Source of the DNA: Deferribacterales bacterium
GTDB lineage: Bacteria; Chrysiogenota; Deferribacteres; Deferribacterales; Geovibrionaceae
Length of the DNA: 57,006 bases
Assembly: GCA_050251945.1 (NCBI GenBank)
Contig: JBFWLW010000016.1
Location: 1-57,006 of the forward strand
Reading direction: 5' to 3'
Shown: piece after piece, positions 18,242 through 26,861 of the stretch
Layout: every line of letters begins with the position of its first letter
How positions within the stretch are numbered: the first letter of the stretch is position 1
The notes under the pieces: generated by a model
What the model saw: only the letters and a program-made list of their open reading frames with translations
What the model was told of the DNA's origin: nothing
Databases searched by the model: none
Made by a program: the position numbers and the translations under genes

Positions 18242-20396
18242 TCTTTGATGCAGGCTCCAGCACACCCCCGTATTCATCGTAATGCATTATTATTTCATCG
18301 AACAGATTTTCCCTTTCATGAGTGAAAGATAGAACGACTGAGTATCTTATTTCCGAATTATCCGCACAGAAGTCCCGTTTAGACGGTGTTATCCTGAGAA
18401 CCAGCTCTCCGGGCAGTGCGGCTCCTTTCAGCTTTGTTTCGTAAAGCTTAACAGGGTTCCATTTAAACATCTCCCTGTTCACTTCTTTCTCTTCTGTGCT
18501 TTTTTGCAGAGCCAGCAGATCTTTAGAAGTCAGTATCGCCTTCCATGAACCCCTTTTGTAATAGCCGAGGGAAAGTTCCAGATTTGTGCAGCAGTAATAA
18601 TGAGGAAAATTCAGGTCTGTTCTCGTCTTATAGACAAGGGTCATTTCAATTCTTCCGGCGTTCTTTCCGCACATGGGAGCGGGTACCGGGATTCCGTTCA
18701 CCTCTGTAATACCGCCCTGCCGCACAACGCCTTCATGCAGGTATACAGCGCTGGACGTTATCTCTTCAAAATTTTCATTAGCCTCTGTGATGATGCCGTA
18801 ACCGGTATAAAGATCGGGCGGACGGCGGGAGTGCAGGCGGGTGTAGTGCAATAGCATTGCCTTTGTCATATCAGGGCTTTGAAATACATGTGAATATCTG
18901 TGGAAAATCTTTGCGGCAAGTGCGGTGACCATGGGCACTGCGTGGGATGTTCCGGAATCTTCGGCAAGTTCGTTCCGCGTACCGATGGAGAATACCCCCA
19001 CGGGATAAAGCCTTCCCATCCGTTTTTCGTGTGAACCGCCGTATGCGCACACCTCCGGTTTCACAAACCCGGCGGACGAGGGACCTCTGCGTGTGAAGAG
19101 GGAAGGGGAGTGGTGCGGCTGTACGTTTGTGTCTCTGTGGGTGACGGAACCGACGGTTACGGAATGTACGCTTTCCGCCGGCGAGGTTATCCGGTTGTCG
19201 GACGGGTGTTCTTCCGAAAGTCCGCGCAGTTTTTCATAGTTGCCGCCGGAGATGATGAACAGAACGTCGTAGCGCTCCTGTAATGAGTCAAGAACATGCG
19301 CAGCCGCTGAAAAACAGTTTGGGTCTGCCTGCGTATCCGAGCCCAGTGATATGTTATACACTTTGATTATTTTGTGGTATGTCCGCAGCGTCGCTTCAAG
19401 CCTCTGCTGGAACTCTGCCAGTCCGATGCTTCCCCCCGCCGGAAGTATTTCTGCGTTCAGATAGACGATGCCGCCGAAGCTTTCACCGTCGTTAAGAAGC
19501 CGACCTGTGACGAAAGTACCGTGTTTGGGGTCTTTTTCCGATTCGGTGCAGAAACTTAAGGTATCCATTTCCCATTCGCGCAGATATGAGGAGGGGGATA
19601 TGCCGGAATCCACAATGGCGGCTCTGGGGTATATCTTTTCCGTGTCGCGCATCTGCACACATTCCAGCGGCAGATCGCCATGCCGCACATAATCCTCTTT
19701 CAAAACCAGACAGGAGGCGGGAGACACGGAACGCACAAGACTGTGGGTGGCAATGGTATCCAGTTTAGCCTTTATGTCGGGGATATGCGCCTGAATTATT
19801 CGGTAACCGCCTATTCTTATTATTTTTGAACGATCCGCCGATGCTTCGTTTTTCAGAAAACCAAGAAGGTTTTCTTCGCCCTCGCCGGGGAGAGTGTGGA
19901 TGTATATGCTTTCGTCGGAACTCATTTCCGCAAGCCCTGTTTCAAAAGGATTGCTGAGCGAAATCTTCTCATGAGGCATGAAGGTGTGCATTGTCTCTAT
20001 GTGACTGAAAGAAGCCATAAAGTCCTTTCCGCCGCCGTTAATTACATGGGTGTTCAGTTTTGCCAGCGCCTCTTCGCCGTTTATGCCGAAAACAAGGTCG
20101 GACAGTGAAAGGCTGGCGACCGGTCTGATGCCGGTTGCGGAGAGAAAGTGATACCGGAGTGATTTTGAGAATGAACCCTGTCTGAGGGTCATGATATTGT
20201 ACACAGGCAGAAAGCGGTTGTACTCGAATCTTTTGTAAAATCCGAATCCTGATGCGAGGGAGCGGGCGATGTACTCTCTGTCCGGAAGTCCGCGGCAGGA
20301 CGTTCGCGGTGACCCGCCTCTGACTTTTCTGGGGTTAGGTCTGTGCATGGATCTGGAAAAACGCAGGATGAACGGACAACAGCCGCTGACTGTCAT
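18225..20396 (-). CDS. S8 subtilisin-like serine protease (IetS/Y4bN-like cytoplasmic type)
   Basis: Catalytic D (IVDSGI), H (KHGTFV), oxyanion N (SGGNY) and S (SGTSHAVP); no signal peptide; GGAGG RBS. Confidence 0.88.
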   Translation of the reverse strand: MTVSGCCPFILRFSRSMHRPNPRKVRGGSPRTSCRGLPDREYIARSLASGFGFYKRFEYNRFLPVYNIMTLRQGSFSKSLRYHFLSATGIRPVASLSLSDLVFGINGEEALAKLNTHVINGGGKDFMASFSHIETMHTFMPHEKISLSNPFETGLAEMSSDESIYIHTLPGEGEENLLGFLKNEASADRSKIIRIGGYRIIQAHIPDIKAKLDTIATHSLVRSVSPASCLVLKEDYVRHGDLPLECVQMRDTEKIYPRAAIVDSGISPSSYLREWEMDTLSFCTESEKDPKHGTFVTGRLLNDGESFGGIVYLNAEILPAGGSIGLAEFQQRLEATLRTYHKIIKVYNISLGSDTQADPNCFSAAAHVLDSLQERYDVLFIISGGNYEKLRGLSEEHPSDNRITSPAESVHSVTVGSVTHRDTNVQPHHSPSLFTRRGPSSAGFVKPEVCAYGGSHEKRMGRLYPVGVFSIGTRNELAEDSGTSHAVPMVTALAAKIFHRYSHVFQSPDMTKAMLLHYTRLHSRRPPDLYTGYGIITEANENFEEITSSAVYLHEGVVRQGGITEVNGIPVPAPMCGKNAGRIEMTLVYKTRTDLNFPHYYCCTNLELSLGYYKRGSWKAILTSKDLLALQKSTEEKEVNREMFKWNPVKLYETKLKGAALPGELVLRITPSKRDFCADNSEIRYSVVLSFTHERENLFDEIIMHYDEYGGVLEPASKMWKTC

Positions 20397-20425
20397 AGGG
20401 CCTGTACCTCCCCGTAAAAGACCGG

Positions 20426-20785
20426 TCAGCTTGAAAATTCTTTCAGTAATGCTCTGATGACCGTTTCGATGAATCTTATTTTGTCAAAATCAAGATCAGA
20501 GATATCGTCCAGAAGCTCATGCCATCCGGCGGGGATATCCGGTCCCTGTGCGCTGTTTGCGTGGAGTGCGGCGGTTTTGTAATAGGACAGAGGATGTTCG
20601 TTAAAAAAATATCGGATGTCAATGTTGTATCTCTTTGCTATGACGGCAAGTTTTGCCGCATCAATGTTGCCCGTACATTCGTAGTGGCTTACAACCTGCT
20701 GGGTGACGTTGAGAAGACCTCCCAGCTCTTTCTGATTTATTTTCAGTTCCTTACGAAGTTCTTTCAGTTTATCGCCTATATTCAT
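20426..20785 (-). CDS. XRE-family HTH repressor (CI-like, no S24 domain)
   Basis: IGDKLKELRKELKINQKELGGLLNVTQQVVSHYE; 119 aa. Confidence 0.9.
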   Translation of the reverse strand: MNIGDKLKELRKELKINQKELGGLLNVTQQVVSHYECTGNIDAAKLAVIAKRYNIDIRYFFNEHPLSYYKTAALHANSAQGPDIPAGWHELLDDISDLDFDKIRFIETVIRALLKEFSS

Positions 20786-20794
20786 ATTTCACTT

Positions 20795-20883
20795 ATACAG
20801 ATTATTTGTGTCATGTTCAAACAGAAAATATTTGTTGAAAAATACAGCCATATTGTGTATAAAGATACAAATTATATATGTTT
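20795..20883. promoter_or_regulatory. Four-operator divergent switch with rightward sigma70 promoter
   Basis: AWACA-N9-TGT sites at 20795, 20819, 20842 and 20865; TTGAAA(20835)-N17-TATAAA(20858). Confidence 0.8.
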
Positions 20884-20894
20884 CGGAGGTTGGT

Positions 20895-21146
20895 ATGGCG
20901 GCACCTTTAAAAGTATGGGAAGAGGAGAGCATCACAAAGCAGATGGCGAAAGTGGTGTCGAGGAACCTGACGATATATCAGGTGGCAAAGATGCTTCAGG
21001 TCAGTCATATAACGGTGAGGCGCTGGATAAAAGAAGCTAAGCTCATAGCATGGAACACAAATCTTGAAGGGCATGGGAGATGGCGTGTACCGAAGGAGAG
21101 CCTTGAGGAATTTTTACAGTCCAGAAACTGTATGAACATAGATTAA
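20895..21146 (+). CDS. Excisionase-like HTH_17 DNA-binding protein
   Basis: LTIYQVAKMLQVSHITVRRWIKEAKL...GRWRVPKESLEEF; GGAGG RBS before ATG 20895. Confidence 0.85.
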   Translation: MAAPLKVWEEESITKQMAKVVSRNLTIYQVAKMLQVSHITVRRWIKEAKLIAWNTNLEGHGRWRVPKESLEEFLQSRNCMNID

Positions 21147-21147
21147 A

Positions 21148-21181
21148 AGATCGCGTCGTCGCTGCACTCCTCGCGAAGACG
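21148..21181. repeat. Half CGTC-type REP (family A)
   Basis: AGATCGCGTCGTCGCTGCACTCCTCGCGAAGACG. Confidence 0.75.
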
Positions 21182-21196
21182 AAACACTTTATGGGG

Positions 21197-21510
21197 AGCG
21201 CTGCGAAAAAGTGGCAGGTATGTCGCTTTTGAGTGTCAAAGGCACAGGAAGTGCCTCATGAAGTATACATTTTGCGGTTCAGCGCAAAAGAGATGCGCAA
21301 TGTGAGCGTAATTCGGGCTTTGCCTGAATGAAGCGCTGCGAAAAAGTGGCAGGTATGTCACTTTTGAGTGCCAAGGGCGCAGGAAGTGCCTCATGAAGTA
21401 TATATTTTGCGGTTCAGCGCAAAAGAGATGCGCAATGTGAGCGTAATTCGGGCTTTGCCTGAATGAAGCGCTGCGAAAAAGTGACATGGATGTCACTTTT
21501 GAGTGTCAAA
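21197..21510 (+). repeat. Tandem 135-bp structured repeat (family B), 2.3 copies
   Basis: GCGCTGCGAAAAAGTG recurs at 21198, 21333 and 21468; units are near identical. Confidence 0.92.
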
Positions 21511-22491
21511 TAGTGCTTCCACGAAATCATTAGCGTCAAAGGGTTTCAGGTCGTCGATACCCTCGCCGAAACCTATGAATTTCACAGGCACCTTGAGTTC
21601 GTCAACGATGCCGATGATTGCGCCGCCTTTTGCAGTTCCGTCGAGTTTTGTGATAACTATGCCGGTAAGTCCGACGTCTTCATGAAATTTGAGCGCCTGA
21701 GAAAGCGAGTTCTGTCCGCTGGTTGCATCCAGAACAAGCAGTACCTCGTGGGGTGCGTCCGGAAGTTCCTTTTTTGCCACACGGACTATCTTTTCAAGCT
21801 CTTTCATAAGGTTGACTTTTGTTTGCAGTCTGCCTGCCGTGTCGCATATGAGAACGTCAAAATTCTTTGCCTTGCAGGACTGGATGGCATCGAAGATAAC
21901 AGCGGCGCTGTCGCTTCCTGCGGACTGTTTCACGACAGGTACGTCAACCCTGTCCGCCCATACGCAGAGCTGGTCTATTGCCGCAGCGCGGAAAGTGTCT
22001 CCTGCCGCCAGACATGTTTTAAGTCCCTGCTCTTTGAACATTTTTGCCATTTTGGCGATGCTTGTGGTTTTGCCCGAGCCGTTCACGCCGACAACTATCA
22101 TAACGTAGGGTCTGTCGTTTGTCTGTACGAGGCTGTTATCTATATTCAGTATATTGAATATTTGTTCTTTGAGTGCGTTTTTAAGGTCTTCCGGATTTTT
22201 GAGAGTTTTTCTGTCCACCTGCCCGCGGACGGAATCTATTATTTTCATCGTGGTTTCCACGCCGATGTCGGAGGTTATGAACAGCTCCTCAAGCTCTTCG
22301 AGAAGATCGTCGTCTATCTCTTTCCTGCCCAGAAAGATATTTTCCATGCCGCCGACGAGTTTGCCTGATGTTTTTGAGAGTCCCTGTTTAAGCTTCTGAA
22401 AAAAACCTGCGGAGGATTCCGGGAGTTCCTGTTCCTGCTGGATTTCAGGTTCTGTTTTTTCCGGTTTTTTGAATATGCTGAAAAATCCCAT
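21493..22491 (-). CDS. ftsY: SRP receptor GTPase
   Basis: GVNGSGKTT, GDTFRAAA, DTAGRLQ and TKLDGTAKGG. Confidence 0.98.
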   Translation of the reverse strand: MGFFSIFKKPEKTEPEIQQEQELPESSAGFFQKLKQGLSKTSGKLVGGMENIFLGRKEIDDDLLEELEELFITSDIGVETTMKIIDSVRGQVDRKTLKNPEDLKNALKEQIFNILNIDNSLVQTNDRPYVMIVVGVNGSGKTTSIAKMAKMFKEQGLKTCLAAGDTFRAAAIDQLCVWADRVDVPVVKQSAGSDSAAVIFDAIQSCKAKNFDVLICDTAGRLQTKVNLMKELEKIVRVAKKELPDAPHEVLLVLDATSGQNSLSQALKFHEDVGLTGIVITKLDGTAKGGAIIGIVDELKVPVKFIGFGEGIDDLKPFDANDFVEALFDTQK

Positions 22492-22554
22492 GATGCCTCC
22501 AAGTCTTAAAACGGGGTATTATAAGCAGAAAGACAGATTAATACAAAGGAAAAA

Positions 22555-23580
22555 TCATTTTCTGACGCAAGGGAAGTGCTTTTCAAGTTCCTCGCGTTCG
22601 CCGGGGTCGAAGCCGAATACGCGTCTCCATACGCTTTCATGTTCCATGCAGAAGTAGATGAACACATTTTTCCAGTGTTTTCTGACCTCTTTAACGAAGA
22701 AATCCAGCATGTGAACCCGCTGCGATTTGAAATACCGCATTTTTCCGTCAAGCGATTTGACATAACTGCTTTGCAGAAGAAGCGAGCTTTCAAATTTATT
22801 GCGCACTATGTCCAGAAGCTCGGGCATGAACCTGAAAGTCGATACGCTTATGTAGTTTACGGATGATTCAGGTACAGAACTGCACATCTTTTCGATGACC
22901 TCTGCATAGTCCTTTTCAAAAGTTTCCGAGTAGATCAGCGGGTCGAAATGAAACCCGATGCCAAGCCCGTGGGCGGCACATTCTTTTGCGGCGTTCAGTC
23001 TGTCGCGTATTTTTGCCGTACCGTGTTCCTCTGCCTCCATAATGCTCTGAGGGTTCATGCTCCATGACACCATGAGGTTTTTCGGATTACAATTCAGCAG
23101 GTTGCCAACATTTGCGGATTTTGTCTTGAACTCAAAAAGAATATTGTCCGACCTGTTTATTATGTCTGCGATATAGCCGCTGAAATTGAATATGTGGTCA
23201 AGTGCCAGACTGTCTGTGAGTTCGCCTGTTCCGAGCCTGAAAAACTTATTCTTAGGCATTTTTTCAATTTCGCGTCTGACGTTTTCAAAGTCTGAATAGA
23301 CCTTAATATATTCGTGGTTAAGGTAGCTTTGCAGGATGCAGTAGGTGCAGTCGAAAGGGCATCCTTCGGATATGTCCGTTACATAGTAGTCACAGCATCT
23401 GTATATCTTTGTTGCCGGACAGCGGTGGACGAAGGTGTTGTGTTCCTCCGCAATATAGATGCTGGTCTTTTCGTCTGGAACTTCCGATACGCCGTCAACA
23501 AGCGTAACCTCACGGTCTTTCATGACAGTGCGGGCGGGGACGCTGTTCACAGCTTTTCTGTCAAGATATATTCTGCTCAT
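22555..23580 (-). CDS. Spore photoproduct lyase-family radical SAM protein
   Basis: GCPFDCTYCILQ, GTGELTDSL, FEFKTKS, HFDPLI and YFCME. Confidence 0.85.
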   Translation of the reverse strand: MSRIYLDRKAVNSVPARTVMKDREVTLVDGVSEVPDEKTSIYIAEEHNTFVHRCPATKIYRCCDYYVTDISEGCPFDCTYCILQSYLNHEYIKVYSDFENVRREIEKMPKNKFFRLGTGELTDSLALDHIFNFSGYIADIINRSDNILFEFKTKSANVGNLLNCNPKNLMVSWSMNPQSIMEAEEHGTAKIRDRLNAAKECAAHGLGIGFHFDPLIYSETFEKDYAEVIEKMCSSVPESSVNYISVSTFRFMPELLDIVRNKFESSLLLQSSYVKSLDGKMRYFKSQRVHMLDFFVKEVRKHWKNVFIYFCMEHESVWRRVFGFDPGEREELEKHFPCVRK

Positions 23581-24361
23581 CCAGAAACCCGTAAATTTTT
23601 TGAATCTCCGACATCTTCGATTCGGCTGAGGTTATTTTGTTACAAAACTCCTCTGCCGATTCTGCTGTGAAAGAGAAGGTCAGCTTTCCCGTTTCAAAAT
23701 TATCCTGAGAAGTGATGTTCAGCGGCAGTTCTTTCGTAAGAGCAGCGAATTCAGTCATGAATTCCTGACGCGCAGGGTCTTTTTTTGCCGAGAGGTTTTT
23801 CAGTACGTCCCCGTTAAGGTCTTCAGGGCGTATTTTCGGCATCATATCAAACAATATATTTACCAGATTTCTGAAATCTCCCACCGACAGATCTTTTGAT
23901 GTGAGAGTGTCCTCAATATATGTTTTACAGATATCATTAAGCTTGTTGAATACCGCCAGAGTTTTCAGCGGAATATCTTTTGAGGCGAGATATTTTTTCA
24001 GCGGTTCAGGGTAGGATGCAACGGCTTCCAAGGTCTGAAAATTCTGCCGTCCTTTTATATTATACTGCCGGAAAACGTTCAGCGACGTATGGCTTATGTT
24101 CATCTTTGTGCATATACAGGAAATGTTTGCAAGCTCAACTATGCTTATTTTGCCGTGTATGGAAATTGACAGATCCAGCGCCTCTGCTATTGAGGGAACG
24201 TCCACTGCATAGTAGTTTTCCGCTTCCGCAAAGCCGCTGATAAAAAAGTAATCGCCGTTTATATCGGCAACGGCTGGCGGAAAAACGGACACCGCAGTTC
24301 TCTGGTCGATCCAGTTGAGTTCATAAGATGGTGATATTCCGGTTATCAGTTTGCCTTTCAT
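23561..24361 (-). CDS. Hypothetical protein (coupled to the SPL-like gene)
   Basis: 266-aa ORF overlapping the SPL start by 20 nt. Confidence 0.75.
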   Translation of the reverse strand: MKGKLITGISPSYELNWIDQRTAVSVFPPAVADINGDYFFISGFAEAENYYAVDVPSIAEALDLSISIHGKISIVELANISCICTKMNISHTSLNVFRQYNIKGRQNFQTLEAVASYPEPLKKYLASKDIPLKTLAVFNKLNDICKTYIEDTLTSKDLSVGDFRNLVNILFDMMPKIRPEDLNGDVLKNLSAKKDPARQEFMTEFAALTKELPLNITSQDNFETGKLTFSFTAESAEEFCNKITSAESKMSEIQKIYGFLDEQNIS

Positions 24362-24407
24362 AGGGGCAGAGTATATGGCATTAGCGGCGGGATGTAAAAC
24401 AGATTGT

Positions 24408-25340
24408 TCAGTCTGCGTAGCTGTCCAGCATAAGCCTGACTCTGCGCGCCATCTCCTGACGCACTTCGGCAGGTTCGAGGCATTGGCATTTCTCGCCCAG
24501 CGCGAATATCATTCCGTATCCGAAGTCGTCGGGGAAGAAAGGAAAGCTTACGATATAGTTTCCGTCTCCGCAGGGTTCGATATGTCTGCTTTCGCAGATA
24601 TCCATAACGCGGTTGAGCGTGGATTCATGCACCAGAAGTTTGATTCGGGTGAACGCTTTATCCATACTGTCGCAGAAATTGTTTATGGTTTCAGGAACGC
24701 TCCGCAGAGTGAACTGTTCTTCTTCCAACAGCAGTTCGGACATGCGAGTAAGTTTGAACAGTCTGAAATCCTGCCGTTCCAGACAGAAACAGTGAACGTA
24801 CCAGAATCCCGCCTTAAGCACCAGCCTGTATGGTTCCACCCTGCGCGTGCTTCTGCCTCCAGTGCGGTCTGAATATTGAAACGACAGCATACGGTGTGTC
24901 AGAACTGCCGACCGCACCGTGTCCAGAAAACTCATTGAGCTTTCACTGGAAACCCACGGGCGCGGGTCGATGGTTATTTGTCCCGCTCTGAATTCTATCT
25001 CGTTCGCCTGTTCCGCGGGAACAAGGCTCTTTATCTTCGCCAGAGTATTCACTATTTCGTTTTCGGTGATATTGCCGGGGATACTTCCAAGCCCCATCAG
25101 AAGGGTGGTGATGTCTGAAACGGTGAATATTCTCTTGCTGACCTTATACTCTTCCATGATGCTAAATCCGCCGCTGACCCCCGGTGCGGATACGATGGGG
25201 ATGCCGGCTGTGTTGATGGTGTCAATGTCCCGGTAAATAGTGCGCAGGGATACCTCGAACATTTCCGAGAGAGTTTTTGCGCTGACTTTTCTGCGCTCCA
25301 GCATCAGCATTATTATTGATATCAGCCTGTCTATCTTCAT
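24408..25340 (-). CDS. YafY-family HTH-WYL transcriptional regulator
   Basis: KIDRL..I...FEVSLRTIYRDI HTH; RRVEPYRL...WYV..FC..RQDFRLFKLTRM WYL domain. Confidence 0.93.
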   Translation of the reverse strand: MKIDRLISIIMLMLERRKVSAKTLSEMFEVSLRTIYRDIDTINTAGIPIVSAPGVSGGFSIMEEYKVSKRIFTVSDITTLLMGLGSIPGNITENEIVNTLAKIKSLVPAEQANEIEFRAGQITIDPRPWVSSESSMSFLDTVRSAVLTHRMLSFQYSDRTGGRSTRRVEPYRLVLKAGFWYVHCFCLERQDFRLFKLTRMSELLLEEEQFTLRSVPETINNFCDSMDKAFTRIKLLVHESTLNRVMDICESRHIEPCGDGNYIVSFPFFPDDFGYGMIFALGEKCQCLEPAEVRQEMARRVRLMLDSYAD

Positions 25341-25392
25341 GAGAAGATGTTAGCCCGCCGAAGAAACAGTGTCAAATTTCATTTTTCAATTG

Positions 25393-25410
25393 TTGCCATA
25401 CAGGTGTCAA
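25393..25410. promoter_or_regulatory. Putative WYL-regulator site
   Basis: Imperfect palindrome TTGCCA-N6-TGTCAA in the divergent intergenic region. Confidence 0.45.
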
Positions 25411-25458
25411 AATCATCTGATAAAGTTCTCTATCAATGATTCAGGAGGTTCCTTTTTT

Positions 25459-25881
25459 ATGGAAAAATATGCAGACTACAGCAGAGTTTTGAACAGTTCA
25501 AAAGTTTTAGCGCTCGCCACTTCAGTAGACAATGTTCCTAACGTGAGATTGCTTTCTTATGTCCACGACTTGAGCAGACCGGGCGTTATCTATTTCGCAA
25601 CGGAAAACCACAGCAGGAAGGTTGAGGAGTTCTGGGAAAACAGCAAAGTCGCTGTTACGACCATCCCTTCTGACGGCGTTTCTCATATCCGTTCCGTCGG
25701 TTCAACAGTATCAAAGAGTAAATTCACCATTCAGGATATGAGCGCAAAGTTTGCCGCGGCGCATGAGGGGTACGACAAAATAATAGAGGCGATGGGTGAT
25801 GTTCTGGAGGTTTATGAGATTTCCATGCAAGATTGTGTTGTTGTAACGGGGATGGATCAGTTTGAAACTGTTTCATTTTAA
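25459..25881 (+). CDS. Pyridoxamine 5'-phosphate oxidase-like (FMN-binding) protein
   Basis: ALATSVDNVPNVR...IYFAT...SRKVEE...NSKV; start MEKYA with GGAGG RBS. Confidence 0.8.
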   Translation: MEKYADYSRVLNSSKVLALATSVDNVPNVRLLSYVHDLSRPGVIYFATENHSRKVEEFWENSKVAVTTIPSDGVSHIRSVGSTVSKSKFTIQDMSAKFAAAHEGYDKIIEAMGDVLEVYEISMQDCVVVTGMDQFETVSF

Positions 25882-25911
25882 TATCTGAAGAGGTCTCCTC
25901 CGGGAGCCATC

Positions 25912-26079
25912 CAAACTGATGACAAAATCAGTAAAATGCGAGATCGCGTCGTCGCATGCACTCCTCGCGAAGACAAAAAAACGTCTCTGCGAGGAGTTTG
26001 CGACACTAGCCGCAGGTTGAACGAGCGGCTTGCCGTGAGCTAAAGCAGTCTCATTGTTTTAAAAGTTTGTCAACAACCT
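25912..26079. mobile_element. MITE-like element (TIR ACTGATGACAAA / TTTGTCAACAACCT) enclosing a REP pair
   Basis: Same termini as 49471-49705 and 56910-57006. Confidence 0.7.
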
Positions 26080-26298
26080 TATTATTATATCTATTTTCTG
26101 CACGACAAAATAACGGCATCTGCACCCGAAAATAACGATGATAAAGAGCCCGTATTTTCTGCCAAAAGCGATAAATGAGTAAAATTTTTTTACATGTGGT
26201 TAGGCACATAATTTCTTCATATCCGAATACGCATACACATCAGTCTCTTAAGCTCTGAAACCCTTTAGTGATGCTATTTTGAGCAGTTTCAATATCCC

Positions 26299-26377
26299 TT
26301 GACTAGCGAAATATAATTTGTTAACTTTGGCATAAATTGTACGATAATGTCATCAATAGGTATAAATTGGCATAAAA
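26299..26377 (+). promoter_or_regulatory. dcw promoter and five 10-bp-periodic repeats (putative MraZ boxes)
   Basis: TTGACT-N17-TAACTT, then TGGCATAAAT/TGTACGATAA/TGTCATCAAT/AGGTATAAAT/TGGCATAAAA. Confidence 0.65.
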
Positions 26378-26824
26378 ATGGCAGGAAGTTTTAGAGGGCA
26401 GTACCAACATAAAATCAGTGACACCGGACGTATCTCGGTTCCTTCAAAGTTCCGCGAGATACTGAAGGTCAAATATGGCAGTGACGAGCTTACACTGTTG
26501 TCCATGGGAGACCATCTGAGACTGTATCCTTCTGCCGAATGGGACAGAGAGGAAGCCCGGTTGGAGTCCGAATCCACCGACAACGACGAGTTTCAGGAGT
26601 TTCTGAGATACCTGTATTCCGAGATGGACGAGGTTGCCATTGACGGAAACGGGCGCATACAGATCACTTCCGAAGTGAGACAGCGTAACGGTATCCAAGG
26701 CGAATGTATCGTAAACGGTTTCAGAAACCATTTCGAGATTTGGCCTGCCGTTGTCTGGGGCGAAAAAGCCTCAGAGGAGAGAAAGGACGAACTCTTCAAA
26801 AAGTTCGCTTCCAGAATACGATAA
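26378..26824 (+). CDS. mraZ: Division/cell-wall cluster repressor
   Basis: FRGQYQHKISDTGRISVPSKFR...IDGNGRI...FEIW; first gene of the dcw cluster. Confidence 0.93.
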   Translation: MAGSFRGQYQHKISDTGRISVPSKFREILKVKYGSDELTLLSMGDHLRLYPSAEWDREEARLESESTDNDEFQEFLRYLYSEMDEVAIDGNGRIQITSEVRQRNGIQGECIVNGFRNHFEIWPAVVWGEKASEERKDELFKKFASRIR

Positions 26825-26861
26825 GGGCAGGTCGGCCCGCCTTATAATAAGGAGCGGAGAA

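Noticed and set aside
21236..21496. 86-aa ORF downstream of ftsY
   Set aside because: It is the translation of the in-frame 135-bp tandem repeat; there is no independent coding evidence.
21197..21510. Possible CRISPR array
   Set aside because: Whole 135-bp units are near identical, with no unique spacers and no cas genes.
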